A stretch of 64,000 nucleotides of DNA from assembly GCF_021869535.1 (NCBI RefSeq), contig NW_026262712.1, positions 104,160,001 through 104,224,000 of the forward strand. The letters run 5' to 3'. Below the pieces are notes generated by a model. It was not told where the DNA came from and made no database searches. It saw only the letters and a list, made by a program, of their open reading frames with translations. How positions within the stretch are numbered: the first letter of the stretch is position 1; every line of letters begins with the position of its first letter. Made by a program: the position numbers and the translations under genes. Shown here one piece after another: positions 50,949-64,000 of the stretch. The DNA comes from Mytilus californianus. Lineage: Eukaryota.

Positions 50949-52896
50949 TTATATTATTGTTTTAATGGAATGTAAACAAAAGAAAAATAATCTGATATCC
51001 CAATGTAAAAGTTGATGAACGTTTTATGTAAGGAAGCGTTGATATATCAATACTCTATACAACACTTAGAGTTAAAACGCGTTTGTCAAATAGACTTTTA
51101 ATTTCATCACATATTCAACTACTTTGGTGGTATTTCTCCTTTTAATAAACAAGAAACAGAACGATATCTCACAGAAAATGGAATGGATATATACATTTTA
51201 CTAGTTCATAATGACAACAAACAATAGATTGCATTGTTTGTTTTTCATCTTCAAATCAACACCAGGATATGATTTCGAAGACGAACACAAAGGGTGTTTT
51301 GAAATTTAATTCTTTACTTTGTTCATATTCTGTTATTTACAAACTTTGAAATGAATGCTAAATATATAAATTTCTATATCTGAATTTTGAAGAATGAGTA
51401 TTTTCCTGAGATATAAAGCTTTTTTTCATATTTCAAAACTCTGAATTATTTGTTCTTGAGACTAACAATTTCGCTAAAATATCGATTTCATAGTTACATT
51501 TGAAAATTAGTATGGTTGGTCGCTTATATCTTTTGAAAATCCTTTAATGTAAAAGGTATTGCTATACTCGAGTGACGTCAAGTCAACGAAAGTCGATGCG
51601 TTTAATAAAGTCACGACAACAAATTGAGAGTTACTGCTTGAACAAATTTATCGTTCTCTTAGCGCTCCAGGTTTAAGTGACCTCTTCCTTTCGGCAAAAT
51701 CACCAAGGACATAATTGAATTTAAACCAATGAATTTCACATGCAAAACACATAAAAAAAACCCGAAATATTAAGAACGGAAATCTTGGCATACAATCACG
51801 GATATAAGTATCCCTTTAATACGTTTATGCCGATTTCATTATCTGTTAGTATACAAATATGCCAGAGACCATGGACAATTTAAAAGCAAACGCGGTAACG
51901 CGGTATAGACATTTGTCTATTGCGGAAGATCGTATGGTTCCCGCTTGATGTTATATTATGTTTATAACTACTCACGGATTTTGTGTCTCACTCCAATCAC
52001 CTAATTTATCCGTCTACAACTTTCATCACATATAACACAGCTTATGTACTTAAAAATGTATCGACACTTGATCTTTAACTTGAATATAATACACTGAACG
52101 GCGAAGGTGATTTACAGATCTGCTTGGCGAATTCCTGTTTGGCGAAACTATGAATTTCATTTAGACCAACAACTGAAAATTGATTTTGTTGTTACTGGTA
52201 CTCGGTCGCATTAACACGGAATCATTTGATATTTGGTCTTTATTATGATGAGTTTTTTGGAGTAAATTTTAAGATCTACCGGACAGTCACCTTTTTCTTT
52301 GACGACACGAATTTTTGTTACATCAACTTGGTTTTGAATTGTTGTTACGTATTACTCTGCGTCTGTACTTAGGAATGATTTGATAATTGATCACACTCTG
52401 TATTATGAGTTGTATCGTGTAAGCAGTTTAGTCACTTTACGTTTGACTATATTTTATACTTTTAATAAGTCTAAAAACATGGAACTTTTCCTGATAAGGA
52501 GTGGGGGTATATTTTGCACAACATAGCGTGTATAACTTCTCATTTTTTTTCGGGTTGATGTCTCATTTACGCGTTTACATTTGTATCACATTTAAAAGCA
52601 AGCTTTGTAAAAGAAAGTGCAGATATAATACCTCGTTTTCCATTTCAGTTCAGACATTATCTCATTACTCCCGTATAAGCCATAGGCGGTTACATGTTGT
52701 CTGTTATATGTTTGAAGGATGATATCGAAACTGATATGTGAAATGATACGATGCATCAATTTTCTTAGCATATACAATTTTAATCAAAATATTTATACAC
52801 AAGAAGAAATTGATTGATGCTTTTAATATGAAAATAAATTTTTAAACAGCATGTAGAGTTTTCACTAAGCATGTTGTATTGACTTTTTTGATTTGA

Positions 52897-52939
52897 GCAT
52901 CACTGATGAGTTTTTTGTAGACGAAAGTGCGTCTTGCGT
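52897..52939 (+). ncRNA. hammerhead ribozyme motif, core intact, stems I and III damaged
   Basis: CTGATGA-GTT-TTTTGTA-GAC-GAAA-GTGCGTC. Same family as 711-756, ~50185-50232 (-) and ~62862-62883 (-). Confidence 0.7.
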
Positions 52940-53434
52940 ACAAAACTGTAATCTTGGTATCGTTCATCATTATGACTTTTGACATTGCAAACGTCACAAC
53001 CAAAGAAATTGAAAAGACTACGTTATAAACTATGCATGTATCATGTATATATTCTGTTGTCCAACTTTTGGCCAACTGAACTAAATAAATATAACAAGAT
53101 TATTTGTACGTTCACCTTTATTCACTTCAAACAAAAGGATCTGGATATACACCAATGACACCTTTAACTAACGATACAAAAATCTAAAGGTCATCTCAAG
53201 GTCAGTGTACAGTTCTCAAGAATAGACAAGTATCTATATAGTATATGTTCAGGATGGTAAACCAAACCAAAATTACCTTTTTGTCATTTTTGAACTTTGA
53301 AATAAAAGACAATATTTTTTTTACAGCTTACTATACTGTATGGGCTTTGTTCGTTTTGAAGGCCGTACGGTGACTAAACATTTGAACATGAATATGATAA
53401 AGGAGACATGGTGTGATTGCCAATGAGAAATATA

Positions 53435-53645
53435 AACAACTGTCATACGAGTGGGAGGTTTAGCTAGCTAGTAAAACCTCGAGGTTTCACTCTCCATTTA
53501 CTTCGGAAAATGCTTGCACCAAGTCAGGAATATGACAATTGATTTTCACTCGTACCATTGATTGATAACGCTTGATTTTGTCAGTTTTTATGGACTTCCC
53601 GTTTTTGAATTTGCCTTTGAGTTCGGTATCTTTTTATATGCTTTT
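53435..53645 (+). repeat. tail family D, short copy, abutting B1 fragments
   Basis: ACTGTCATAC..GAGGTTTAGCTAGCTA..ACCAAGTCAGGAATATGACA..GAGTTCGGTATCTTTT. Confidence 0.8.
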
Positions 53646-56307
53646 TATATGTGATAACCTCTAAATTATCACCTGTATGCACAAGTTATGAGCACATTAA
53701 AAAGAGATTTTCAAAGATTTCCCCAAATTAAAAAAACGTGAAGATATAACTAAATTCCTAAATAACTCATTCCTCTCCGTAGAGAATAAATAAAACCCCG
53801 AAAAATGACAAAACCTGCACAAAAAGCGTTAATACAGACTTCCGGCCAGGAAAAGTATAAGTTTTATAAAACTCGGATGATAGGCTTTAAAAAGGAACAA
53901 TAATATAGTATGCTGTGTCAAAGGATGCAAACTTAACTTCACCTAATGCACTTAAGGTAGTATGTCAATAATGCACTTAATATGGTAGTATGTTTATATA
54001 CACTTAAAGCACTTAAGGTAGTATGTCAATATAAACAAAAGTAAAAGTATTAGAGTGGTTCTTATCGTACTGTTTTATAAAATTATGATAAAAGTATTGA
54101 CCAAACAGCTTGCTACATGTTGTGATTGTGTAAACTCTCATATTGAAATTTATAACGTGTTGTTTTCATATTTTTACAGCACTGCGTCGATACCTCTGCT
54201 GGTGGACTATCAGTCCCCGAGGGTATCATCAGTTCAATAGCCAGTACTTCGGTACTGTCATGATTTATAACAAACCTTTCTTAAATAGTCCGTTTATGAA
54301 ATTTGAAATTATAAAGAAACTAAGGTTTCAAATCCCTCAGGCAAAGTTAGCCTAAGATGTATTTTACTATATTTTAGGTCCCTTTTTGGTCATATAGATT
54401 TTCAACTGTTTGTGTTCTTATACATCCTTGACTTTCACATATTCGGAAATTTATACCGTTTTGTTTTATTTTGTTTTGAGCCAGAAGGATACAAAATATA
54501 CAGAACATTTATAATTGATTAGAATGGAGAAAATGATAGGACATGAAAATCAAATATGAGACCATAGCTGCTTTAAAAATCAGTTGTTTTTATTTAGAAA
54601 AATAGACAACCCGTATTAATTGTTAACAAAGCAAACATTTTCAGTCATTATATACATTATACACAAATGTAAAGCACAGATGTTCAAATCCGACTGAACT
54701 TATGTACTGTCGATTTCAGTCGTTTTGTCTGCATAACTCTGTTCGAGTAGTTTTTTGTATCAAGAGTTACATTTTTTTGTACCTATGGTAATGCAATTCG
54801 TACAGTGTGCTCTGGCTTCCTCCTCCAATAAAAACTGGCCGCCTAGAAATAGCTCAAAAGCGGTGCTTAAAAGTGGCGTTAAAACACCAAAAATCAAATC
54901 AAATCAAATTATTGACTTACACATCAATTTGAATAAAACAATTTAGATATGACGTAAGTCTTCACATCTAGATAGTTTCCTTAAGTTTAAGTTTACAGGA
55001 TTATACGAGCTGATAGTACTCACAGAAAAGAAAACATGAGTGATATGACATCAAACGGTATTCTGAAAATAAAAAATAAAAGAATTTTGATAAATGTTTT
55101 GTCTCGTGGTGAAGAAGATTTTCCTTTTATTTTACTTCATATGAATCAAAACAAGGATGGGATTATAGCATAGAATTGAATAGTAATTTTTTTTTCATGC
55201 GTTATCTAGTTTGTACTTTTGTCTCCAGTTCATTTATTCTAGACTACTAGATTTTTCCATTTATTCAACTATAGAAGAAAATAGTCAAAATTCATCAACA
55301 CCAGTACCGACTACATAATCTAAACAACTATGTAATGTCATCAATAATAATATTGAATCAATGGCAATTCACAAAAGAAACTCTTTGAGAAATAGACACA
55401 ATTTATTTATAGAACTATAAACAATCCATCAAACTATACTATCTAAGGATTGGCTAGGTCAACACTTTTATTAAATTCTTATTAATCGAAGATATTAACG
55501 CTGTAACAAGATTTAACTGAGATCTTTATACGTTCGCGAAACTTTTTCTTGTACTTCCGACATCTTCTGATTCTACTTCCGATCTCTTCCATTCCATTCA
55601 GATTGATGATTTAAAGAAAATGCAGATAATAAATTATTTGCATATATCTCGGTTTTATTGATCAAATTGTGTTTTTCATCCTGTCAATATTTAAAAAAAA
55701 TATACTTCAATTGATTTTGTAAAAAATGAGATTGGTAATATCACCATTAAAAATCCGAATTTAGCATCATTAGCCGTGATTAGTTATAAAAAGAAAATCC
55801 AAATCGTGTTTAGTAATTTTTTATCTCTAAAGAAAGTGAGTACACATGTTACTTTTGGTTAGTTATGTTGCTGAGATGTTGTCTCATTGACCTAAATGCC
55901 ACATATTCTTTATTTATATCCACTAAAAGGCTTCTTTCGAAACTTATATTCAAAGGAACACGTTAAAAGTGTGCTTCTTTACCTTCTTGGGCTAACCTCT
56001 CGAGTGCAAAACAAGTAAATGTTAAAAAGCCTGGAACAAATAATGTTTTCAATCATATTATCATAAGATCATCACCAAAATTGTATATGCAAATTTAATG
56101 TTTTGCAAAAAAAACAAAAAACCAAAACAAAACAAAAACGAAATAATATATACATCCTGTCTGACATGATAAATAAATGATTGGTATTAATGGAGATCAA
56201 GTTAAGAATGCTTTCTTAAAACAAATATGCAAATTAAATACATCTTATATATTTATCAATTTCGTTCAAAAACTGTGGCGATGTCCAATTTTCTGTTAAT
56301 ACATGTA

Positions 56308-57405
56308 TAAAGTAAAATAACAAAAATACCAAACTCCAAGGAAAATTCAAAACGGAAAGTCCCTTATCAAATGGCAAAATTAAAAGCTCAAATACATCAA
56401 ACGAGTGGAAAACAACTGTCATATTCCTGACTTGGTACAGGCATTTCCTTACATAGAAAATGGTGGATTGGTTTTATAGCTAGCTAAACCTCTAACTTGT
56501 ATGACAGTCGCAAAAAATTCCATCATATTGACAACAATGTGTGAACAAAACAAACAGACATAGTAGGTAAAAATGTCAAAAATATGGGTACAGCAGTCAA
56601 CATTGTGTTATAATCTTAATAACTATAAAAACAAACAAATATGTCAACAAAGAAAAAACAAAATTGCACATAGGCAAAGCACATAAGCAAAAATGAAAGA
56701 CAAGAATACAAAAAATGATGATAGCACAATAACACAATGGCGGGATGTATAAGTACCGAGACACGCCAAGAGGATACTACCAAAACATGGACTAAACAGT
56801 AAAGTAAATAATTTACAAAGATAAATAAAAGAACACGTGTATTATTTTTTTGAAGTTGATACGGAATATTTATCAACAAGGTCTTGGTATCTTCAGATGA
56901 ACTTTAAAAAAAAAAAAAGGACGTGACCTTCTTTGACATAACCCAGGTTCATCAACTTTTTGCTCAGACACTGGTGACGTTTTATGAGTTGGGAAATGTC
57001 TATCCCATATGCAGGTGAAGTTGGTAAATTGTTACTAAGGTGGGGGAAATTGATAATTTCAAAATTTAAATCGTCTCGTTCACTGATCACTTGTTCCTCT
57101 GTGTAGCATGTTTTAACTTTTTGTTCACTATTAACAAAATGTGCAGTATGGTATCCGAAAGTAATAAATTCATAGCTTATGCTACCTTTTTGATATTGAA
57201 AAGCATTGTGGATTATTTCTTTTAGACGATTTTTCAATCTCACATGGGGAATGGTGGTATACATGGTTGAAAAATCAAATGTTTTGATAAAATTAATTTT
57301 AGAGAAAGATCGAGATTTAAAATTATCTTGAATTTCTTTAGAGCTTTTTATATATCCACATATGAACCACTACGCGAGTAAACAGCTTCACAGTATTTCT
57401 GTAAA
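56308..57405 (-). mobile_element. second copy of the family-D PLE with two internal deletions removing the RT catalytic core
   Basis: ORF 56893-57264 joins EEQVIS directly to RDDLNFEIINFP. Against copy 1, about 2988-3367 and a 39-bp block (~2838-2876) are missing. The full 3' UTR is present. Confidence 0.9.
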
Positions 57406-57454
57406 TATGCGAAGCTCGTCATCGTTCCGAGTCTATATCCTTTGTGAAGACTTT

Positions 57455-57625
57455 AAATAAAGGCAACAGTAGTATACCGTTGTTCGAAAACTCATAAATC
57501 GATAGAGATAAAAACAAATCCGGGTTACAACCTAAAACTGAGGGAAACGCATCAAATATAAGAGGAGAACAACGACACAACAAAAACACAACATTAAAAT
57601 GTAACACACACAGAAACAAAATAAA
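57455..57625 (-). repeat. tail family E copy directly upstream of the deleted PLE
   Basis: Reverse strand ends TTATGAGTTTTCGAACAACGGTATACTACTGTTGCCTTTATTT, homologous to 7235-7272. Confidence 0.8.
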
Positions 57626-59149
57626 ATAGAAAACCTTTTTGAAATTTGAATGAGACATCTGCGGAATTTTATCAATTAAATCTTTGGAACCCTGTTTTCC
57701 GACAGATCGATTGAAGTGACCATTTGTTTATATTACCACTTTTCAAACTGTGGAAATCAATCAGAATTAAAACATCTGCATTTTCCTTGAAAAGGGCAAC
57801 ACGTGCAATGTCAATTTCATAGATTTTGCAAACGAGTTCAAGTCTATCTCCGCCAATCAATTATTAAAATGTTTTCAGTTGTTATTTGTAAGGACTTTTA
57901 AAATTTATTTGAAAATTAAAAGTGGAAACAAATTATGGTTTAAAACATTAAGTTCAACGTACAGTAATAAAATTTCACACATGTTTCTCTGCAATATTGG
58001 TCGCTATGTGGTTGGAATTTCCACCAGAGAACAAATGACGTAGCTGTTGGCAATTATAGGTCCCTGTACGATTTTCAACAACTGAAAAACCCATACCGCA
58101 AGCTATAAAAGGTACCGACATGCAAAAAAGTAAAATAATTCAAACGCGAAAACCAACGTCTTGCTTTATGTTCAAAACAACAAACGAAAAACAAATATGA
58201 TATACAGCAACAAATGACAACCACTGAATTACATGACATCGTCCTTGGGACAGGACAGGCTCATACTGAATGTGGGGCGGTTCAACATGTCTTGATAAGC
58301 CTAAACTCTTTTCTTTAGAATATATTTTTTGTTATAATTTAAACGGTTTTGATATAGCCTGTTACTTCAATTCATTCAACAAGTAATACTAAGTCTATAT
58401 ATAAATGTATAAATCAATGTATAAATCATATATAAATTAGTTATATATTCGAAACGACGATACATGCAAATTATAAATAATCAGTCAGTCAAGCCAATAG
58501 TTTCTTATTCATTGATCAACAACTTTAGCAACCTTCAAGGTGTTTTTCTCACGTACTTGTTATCAATACTCATTCAAACAGAATGGTGAACGAAAACATA
58601 TCCATTTTGAGAACAGTAATGTCAAATTGTTGGAGTGTTCTTTCATTACTAGTTTAAACAACTTAATTTTATCTAAAATCAATATAAATATTCCTAAGCT
58701 TTCTAAAGTCAAGTTTGATTGATCTGTTACGCTGCTCAGCTATCGTCTTTCAATCTGAAGGTGTTTTTGTCTGAAGTTGTTATTAATATGTACGATTTAT
58801 AATTGGAAACGGTATAAATGGTTGTTTTTTTATTGAGTTTTAAAATCTGAAACCTCTAAATTATCAATTTTGGTCTAGGTTCACACTTGAATAAACTATT
58901 GTGTATCGATATCAATACTTGATTAAAAAAATAAATATATGTATATCGATTACGATAGGCGGATGCAAGTATAGTGCTGGTATAATAACAGTCAGTGACT
59001 TAGATCTCAAATTTCAGCAGTATTTACATTAACATAATATTTATGAACTCTGTATTACTGATGCTACTTTGGGTATCACAATGCCGAACTAGTTTTTATA
59101 GTTACACCATACGTATCCCGAAAGCATGGTAAGAAAATTACTAATTTTA

Positions 59150-59400
59150 GAATTCAAGTTCAAGTTATGGTTCATAAAAAATGAAATCAGCGCTTCATAA
59201 ATTTCATGCGTCCGACGCGTTTTTCTGTATTTACTTTTATCAAGAACGCTCAATGCCTAATATTTGAAAGCCAATGATTTATAAAGACCGAAACAATTGA
59301 AGAGCTATATAAAAAAAGAACATAAAATGAAAGTCAAGTTCATCTACGGTCAACTTTGCCTGAGGGAGTTGAAACCTCACTTTCTTAATTTGTAAAGCTG
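59150..59400 (-). repeat. hammerhead-bearing repeat with AAGAAA..AGGTTTCAACTCCCTCAGGCAAAGT segment
   Basis: The upstream part is shared with 54300-54440 (+), where both read KK(L/V)RFQ(L/I)PQAKL. A decayed hammerhead lies at 59205-59250. Confidence 0.65.
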
Positions 59401-60657
59401 ATAAAATATGAATATTACAGCTACATGAGCTATTACAACTTTTTATTCTGATTACCTTTGTGAATGCAAAAGCATACAGAAAATAATAATAACGACGAAA
59501 TCTTCTGCAAAATATATGCAAATGTATATAAAAGGGTATTTAGGTTAAACGTCAATGATTAGCAGACCAACAACATACGTTAACATGAAATTGACACAAA
59601 GTAATTTCTTTGTTCGTCCAGATATAAAGAGGGACGAAAGATACTAGAGGACGAACCCCACCAAAAAACTAAGGGTGATCTCAGGTGCTCCTGAAGGGTA
59701 AACAGATCCTTCTCCACATGTGGCACCCGTCGTGTTACTCATGTTAGTACAAACCCGGTAATAAGTCTAATTCGGTAGTTCACATTCGGGAAAAGAGGAC
59801 GTGATTTGTAGTAACGACATTAGGAACATATCCGCAATCATCTGTGAAACAAACTTTCTGTGGTAGCATGTTAAATGAGTTCTAGTGTTAGGTTCATACT
59901 ATCTAGTACTACATTAAGTCGACAGTAGGTCAGATCCGTAAATCGATTAGGAAGAGACAAACCAAGGTAACAGACAGACACTGAGGGAATCGCATATTGT
60001 ACTAAAATATGATCAAAGAGACATTTAGACACAAGTGAGACACAAACCTATTAAAACAAGTTAATCATCATAGTCATAAACTAACTTCTCACCAGAGAAA
60101 TAGAAAAAAAAACAACACCGTAAACTTTTGAGTGCAATGTAAATACATACTTGAAAAAAAAAACGTAGACAATTTATATACACGGAAAAAACCCTCATAA
60201 AAATAACAGGCTTATAATTTGTACGCCAGACACAAAAAAGGCGTGCTTAAATATTAAGAATTAAAAGGCCAAATCTAATAGGAATTTGGAGTGCATCGTG
60301 GACCAAAAATTCCGAAAGGTTTTGCCGAATAAAGTTCACGTAATTCGTTCCTAGGGTAAAAATATTACAATACCAATGATATTTCACATTCATCGATTAT
60401 CTAAATACTACTCTCTTTTGAGTGAAGAATGCATATTCATACACGTTGGATCTAATAAATATCACATTTAGGTACATAGAAAAAGGTATCACATGTTATG
60501 TGAGGCGAAACTGATTTATTTTTTTTGAAAACTAGCATGTTATTGAGTTGATTTCCGGGAATACGGTACGTGTTTCTGAATAACTCTCACGAGATCATAA
60601 AGTTGGAAAGCCAAAAGAAAACGTTTGAGTACTTCAGGCAAAAATGGTATACGCAGG

Positions 60658-61360
60658 GGTGCATTAAATTTGCGCACATTTGGGGATTATTTTTTTTCAC
60701 GTTTTGATTACATTTGCGCGCATTCATTTTACAGATAACACAGGTAAAATAAAGATGATTTATAATAAATATGACTATAGTTAATATGAGTTTTGAACAT
60801 ATTCTATTTGTAAATTTAAATTAAATATTTTATATTTTGAATTCTAAAAAGATATACAGTGATCATGAAAAATCCTGTAATAAGACATACACATAACTTA
60901 ATTGCGAATATTCAGAGTAAATATCATTCTGTTTCATAATTTACCGAATAGCGATTTAATAAATAATTTAAGTCGGCTTGTATATAACACAGTTGCGTCA
61001 AGGCACAAACATAAAGTTTCGTTTCTCAGAAACAAATCGATTGATTTACTTTTCGTATCGACAGAACACTGAAGTCGGCAAATATTTCATTGCGATGCAC
61101 CGTAAAGAATTGCAAGGGTATTAAAGGACTTTTAATCTTTAGATTTACTATGTTTTTACATTTTTATCGGTATATATTTCCAGGATTAAGTGCTTGTGCA
61201 CAACGAAACGGACTTATCCTGCTCAAAAATAATAGTTAAATAAATAATTTTAAAGTATAATCTACCTGTTTTTACCTGAGTTTACCTGTAAAACAATGCG
61301 CGCAAACGTAATGATGTTTGCACACAAATGTAATGGTAATGCGCGCAAGTGTAATGCACC
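60658..61360. mobile_element. ~700-bp MITE with long imperfect TIRs built of ATTACATTTGCGCGC repeats
   Basis: The left end GGTGCATTAAATTTGCGCAC..ATTACATTTGCGCGCATT..CAGGTAAAA mirrors the right end TTTTACCTG..AATGCGCGCAAACGTAAT..TAATGCACC. No clear TSD. Confidence 0.65.
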
Positions 61361-61818
61361 GATACACAGAATAGAAAAACATTCTAATTATTTTGGCTAA
61401 ATTTTCCATGCGGGGGTAAATTATATAAACATTACTTACATTTTATAGACACTATGTATAATTGGAATTATGTTAATACTTAAGCACTGGCTACTGAGCA
61501 AAAATTACCAACGAGGACTGATACTTCAGCAGCATTGGTACAGACCAATTGGTAGTAAAAAAATCAAATGCGATTACGGAACGCAAAACAATTGTTTCTT
61601 GATTATTCATTTATATGTATCCCATCTCAGTTATTTGGGATGCTTTTGTTTTTGCTTTGTTCCTTTAGGGAATTTTTTGTAGAACTCTACATACGTATAC
61701 ACACTTGTCTGAAAAACGTCTCTTTTCGTTTTCATTTATATATAAAATGTGTAAAGATAATTTTCTTATGCGTGAAATGATTACAAAGACTGTTTCCAAA
61801 TAAATCCCATCAATTACT

Positions 61819-61847
<29 letters not shown>
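61819..61847. repeat. poly-C tract (29 nt)
   Basis: Direct read. Confidence 0.95.
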
Positions 61848-61850
<3 letters not shown>

Positions 61851-62309
61851 TTTCGATTTCTTTTCTATGCATGTTTAAAAACGTAACAAAGTAAAGCAAC
61901 TTTGCTCCTAAGGTGACTCAAGGTACAAAATAATATTGCCAAATATTATAAGGTTTGTATTTCATCTTTCCGCAGCTTGAATTATCGGTTAAATAGTTTA
62001 TTTACATTTTCTTTTCATTTACTTTCTCGTCACTAAGTCTGCAAACATTGATTCTTGTTGAAAGACTGTAATGAAAATTTGATCGAAAACTAATGAATTT
62101 ATTGCAGAATTTCAAGTACACTGTAGAAGGAGCACGTTTTTACATGATGATATTGTACTATTTTCTGGAATACAAAACTAGAACAGAAGTGAAGCTGTTG
62201 TTAACTGAAATACAATATTAACAAAGTATCCGATATATCAAGGTTTCTGATATTGCATTTCGACTAAAACGATTGAAATTCATAAACAACATTGCGTATT
62301 GTTGTGTGT

Positions 62310-62655
62310 TTGTTTATTCTACATTGAATAGAGGGATAGGGGAGAGTTGAGATCTCACAAAACATGTTTAACCCCGCCACATTTTTCGCCTGTCCCAAGT
62401 CAGAAACCTCTGGCCTTTGTTAGTCTTGTATGTTTTTTTTAAATTTTGGTTCATTTGTATGTTTCGAAGTTTAGTATGATGTCCATTTTTGCTGAACTAG
62501 TATACACTATTGTTTATGAGCCAGCTGAAACCCGCCTCTGGATGTGGAATTTTTCTCGCTGTGTTGAAGACCCTTTGGTGGCCTTGGGACTGTTTTCTGC
62601 TCTTTGGTCGGTTTGTTGTTTCTTTGGCACTTTCCCGGTTTCCATTCTCAATTCT
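62310..62655 (+). repeat. dispersed repeat, tail family A
   Basis: Has the AACATGTTTAACCCCGCCAC..CCTGTCCCAAGTCAG module (also in B1 at ~36705-36750, reversed). Its end TGCTCTTTGGTCGG..TTTCCATTCTCAATT is also at 8801-8862. Confidence 0.8.
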
Positions 62656-63605
62656 ATAAACAAAATAAAGCCATTATTTTTTTGTGTGTGTTATTATTGT
62701 TGATCTGTGTATTGGCATTGCTTCATTTCTACTGCGTTTCTTGTTTGTGATATAAACAAAAAGAGAAAACGAATATATGTCAATAGACAACGACATGAAA
62801 ATACTCATAAAAATACCAGGCTTAAAATTCTTTAGGCCAAACGCCCATTTAGTAAAAAAAAAAAAGACTCATCAGTGACGCTCGAATAAAGAAAGGCCAA
62901 ATGAAGTAAGAAGTTAAAGAGAAAAAGACATTCATTCATTAAATTCCTCAATATAAGAATAACATTGATATGAAAAAACGCAACCATTGACGAGGATGCT
63001 ACCGTTTGACAGGTGGTTCGAGGACACAGTTATCGTCCTTTGATATTCGTTGTCTACAAATATAGTCCCTAGTGTGGATAGTGTATAACTTGCCAACAAA
63101 TTTATTTCTTTATATTTTATGCATGAAATGTTAAGTAAGGGGATGCATTTCATGTTAAACAAATTTGCGTGCTGAATCTTTATGTTAAGTAGTGATTTGG
63201 TCCAGTTGAAAAAAGGTAAAAAACTAGTATGCCTGAAGCTGTCAAACTGAATTGTAGACCCCCTTAACATAGAATTGTCAATATTTTGAGTTAGAGCTGG
63301 TAGGCTTTTCTATAACTTTGATATTATTTGTTCCAATAGTAGTACACTACACTGTAAAAATTTGTTTAAGATAGAGCAGGTGCGATTTTTTTACTTTGAA
63401 TTTATTGTCTAAATGCACTACGAAATAACTGTTCTCGAGCCAGGTTCAGAGACATGAAGCGGAATTATGCTGGTTGCTGTAGATCTCAACCATTCACCTT
63501 GTGAAAAAAAGGTACATGATGTAAGGATATTCAATAAAAACATATACAAAAAGAAGTAACCGCTTTAATAACCATATAATACATAATAAAAACTTAAGTA
63601 CAATT

Positions 63606-63990
63606 ACGGGTGCCACATGTGGAGCAGGATCTGCTTACCCTTCCGGAGCACCTGAGATCACCCCCAGGTTTTGGTGGGGTTCGTGTTGCTGTTGTTCCCC
63701 TATTTGTGAAATGTTTACCTATTGTGTCTGTTTGTTTTGTTCACACATCGTTGTCAATATAATGGAATTCGATGCGACTGTCATACAAGTGAGAGGTTTA
63801 GCTAGCTTTAAAACCAGGTTTAATCCACCATTTTCTACATAAGAAAATGCCTGTACCAAGTCAGGAATATGACAGTTGTTATCCATTCGTTTAATGTGTT
63901 TAAGCTTTTGATTTTGCCATTTGAATAGGGACTTTCCTTTTTGAATTTTCCTCAGAGTTCAGTATTTTTGTGATTTTACTTTTTACATAA
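63606..63990 (+). repeat. chimeric repeat: family C module fused to family D tail
   Basis: 63606-63690 is ACGGGTGCCACATGTGGAGCAGG..GGTTCGTGTTGCT. About 63715-63990 is TTGTCAATATAATGG..GAGTTCAGTATTTTTGTGATTTTACTTTTT. Confidence 0.88.
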
Positions 63991-64000
63991 TTTTTTTTTA

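Overview
AT-rich eukaryotic DNA with no host protein-coding gene I can support. The repeat families look like those of a bivalve mollusc, probably Mytilus; this is my recognition, not a database result. The window is a dense graveyard of transposable elements. (1) There are at least five remnants of Penelope-like retroelements (PLEs) of the Naiad/Chlamys type, whose RT has no C-terminal GIY-YIG domain. Their 3' UTRs account for most of the short dispersed repeats here, and one 3' UTR carries a SECIS-like stem-loop. (2) Several minimal hammerhead ribozyme motifs are present, one nearly intact. (3) A pearl/HINE-type element with 166-bp core repeats holds a nested CACTA-like MITE and a PLE tail. 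(4) A 6.6-kb array of a 56-bp satellite has layered internal duplications. (5) A young 290-bp-arm foldback is interrupted by a hairpin-bearing TA-flanked element that recurs 11 kb away. (6) There are also LINE and Bel/Pao relics, SINE/tRNA-like heads and MITEs. Most ORF-track entries are chance or repeat-derived. The SECIS/Naiad link and PLE-associated hammerheads are already known in general; what is specific to this window is the modular swapping and head-to-tail stacking of their 3' ends.
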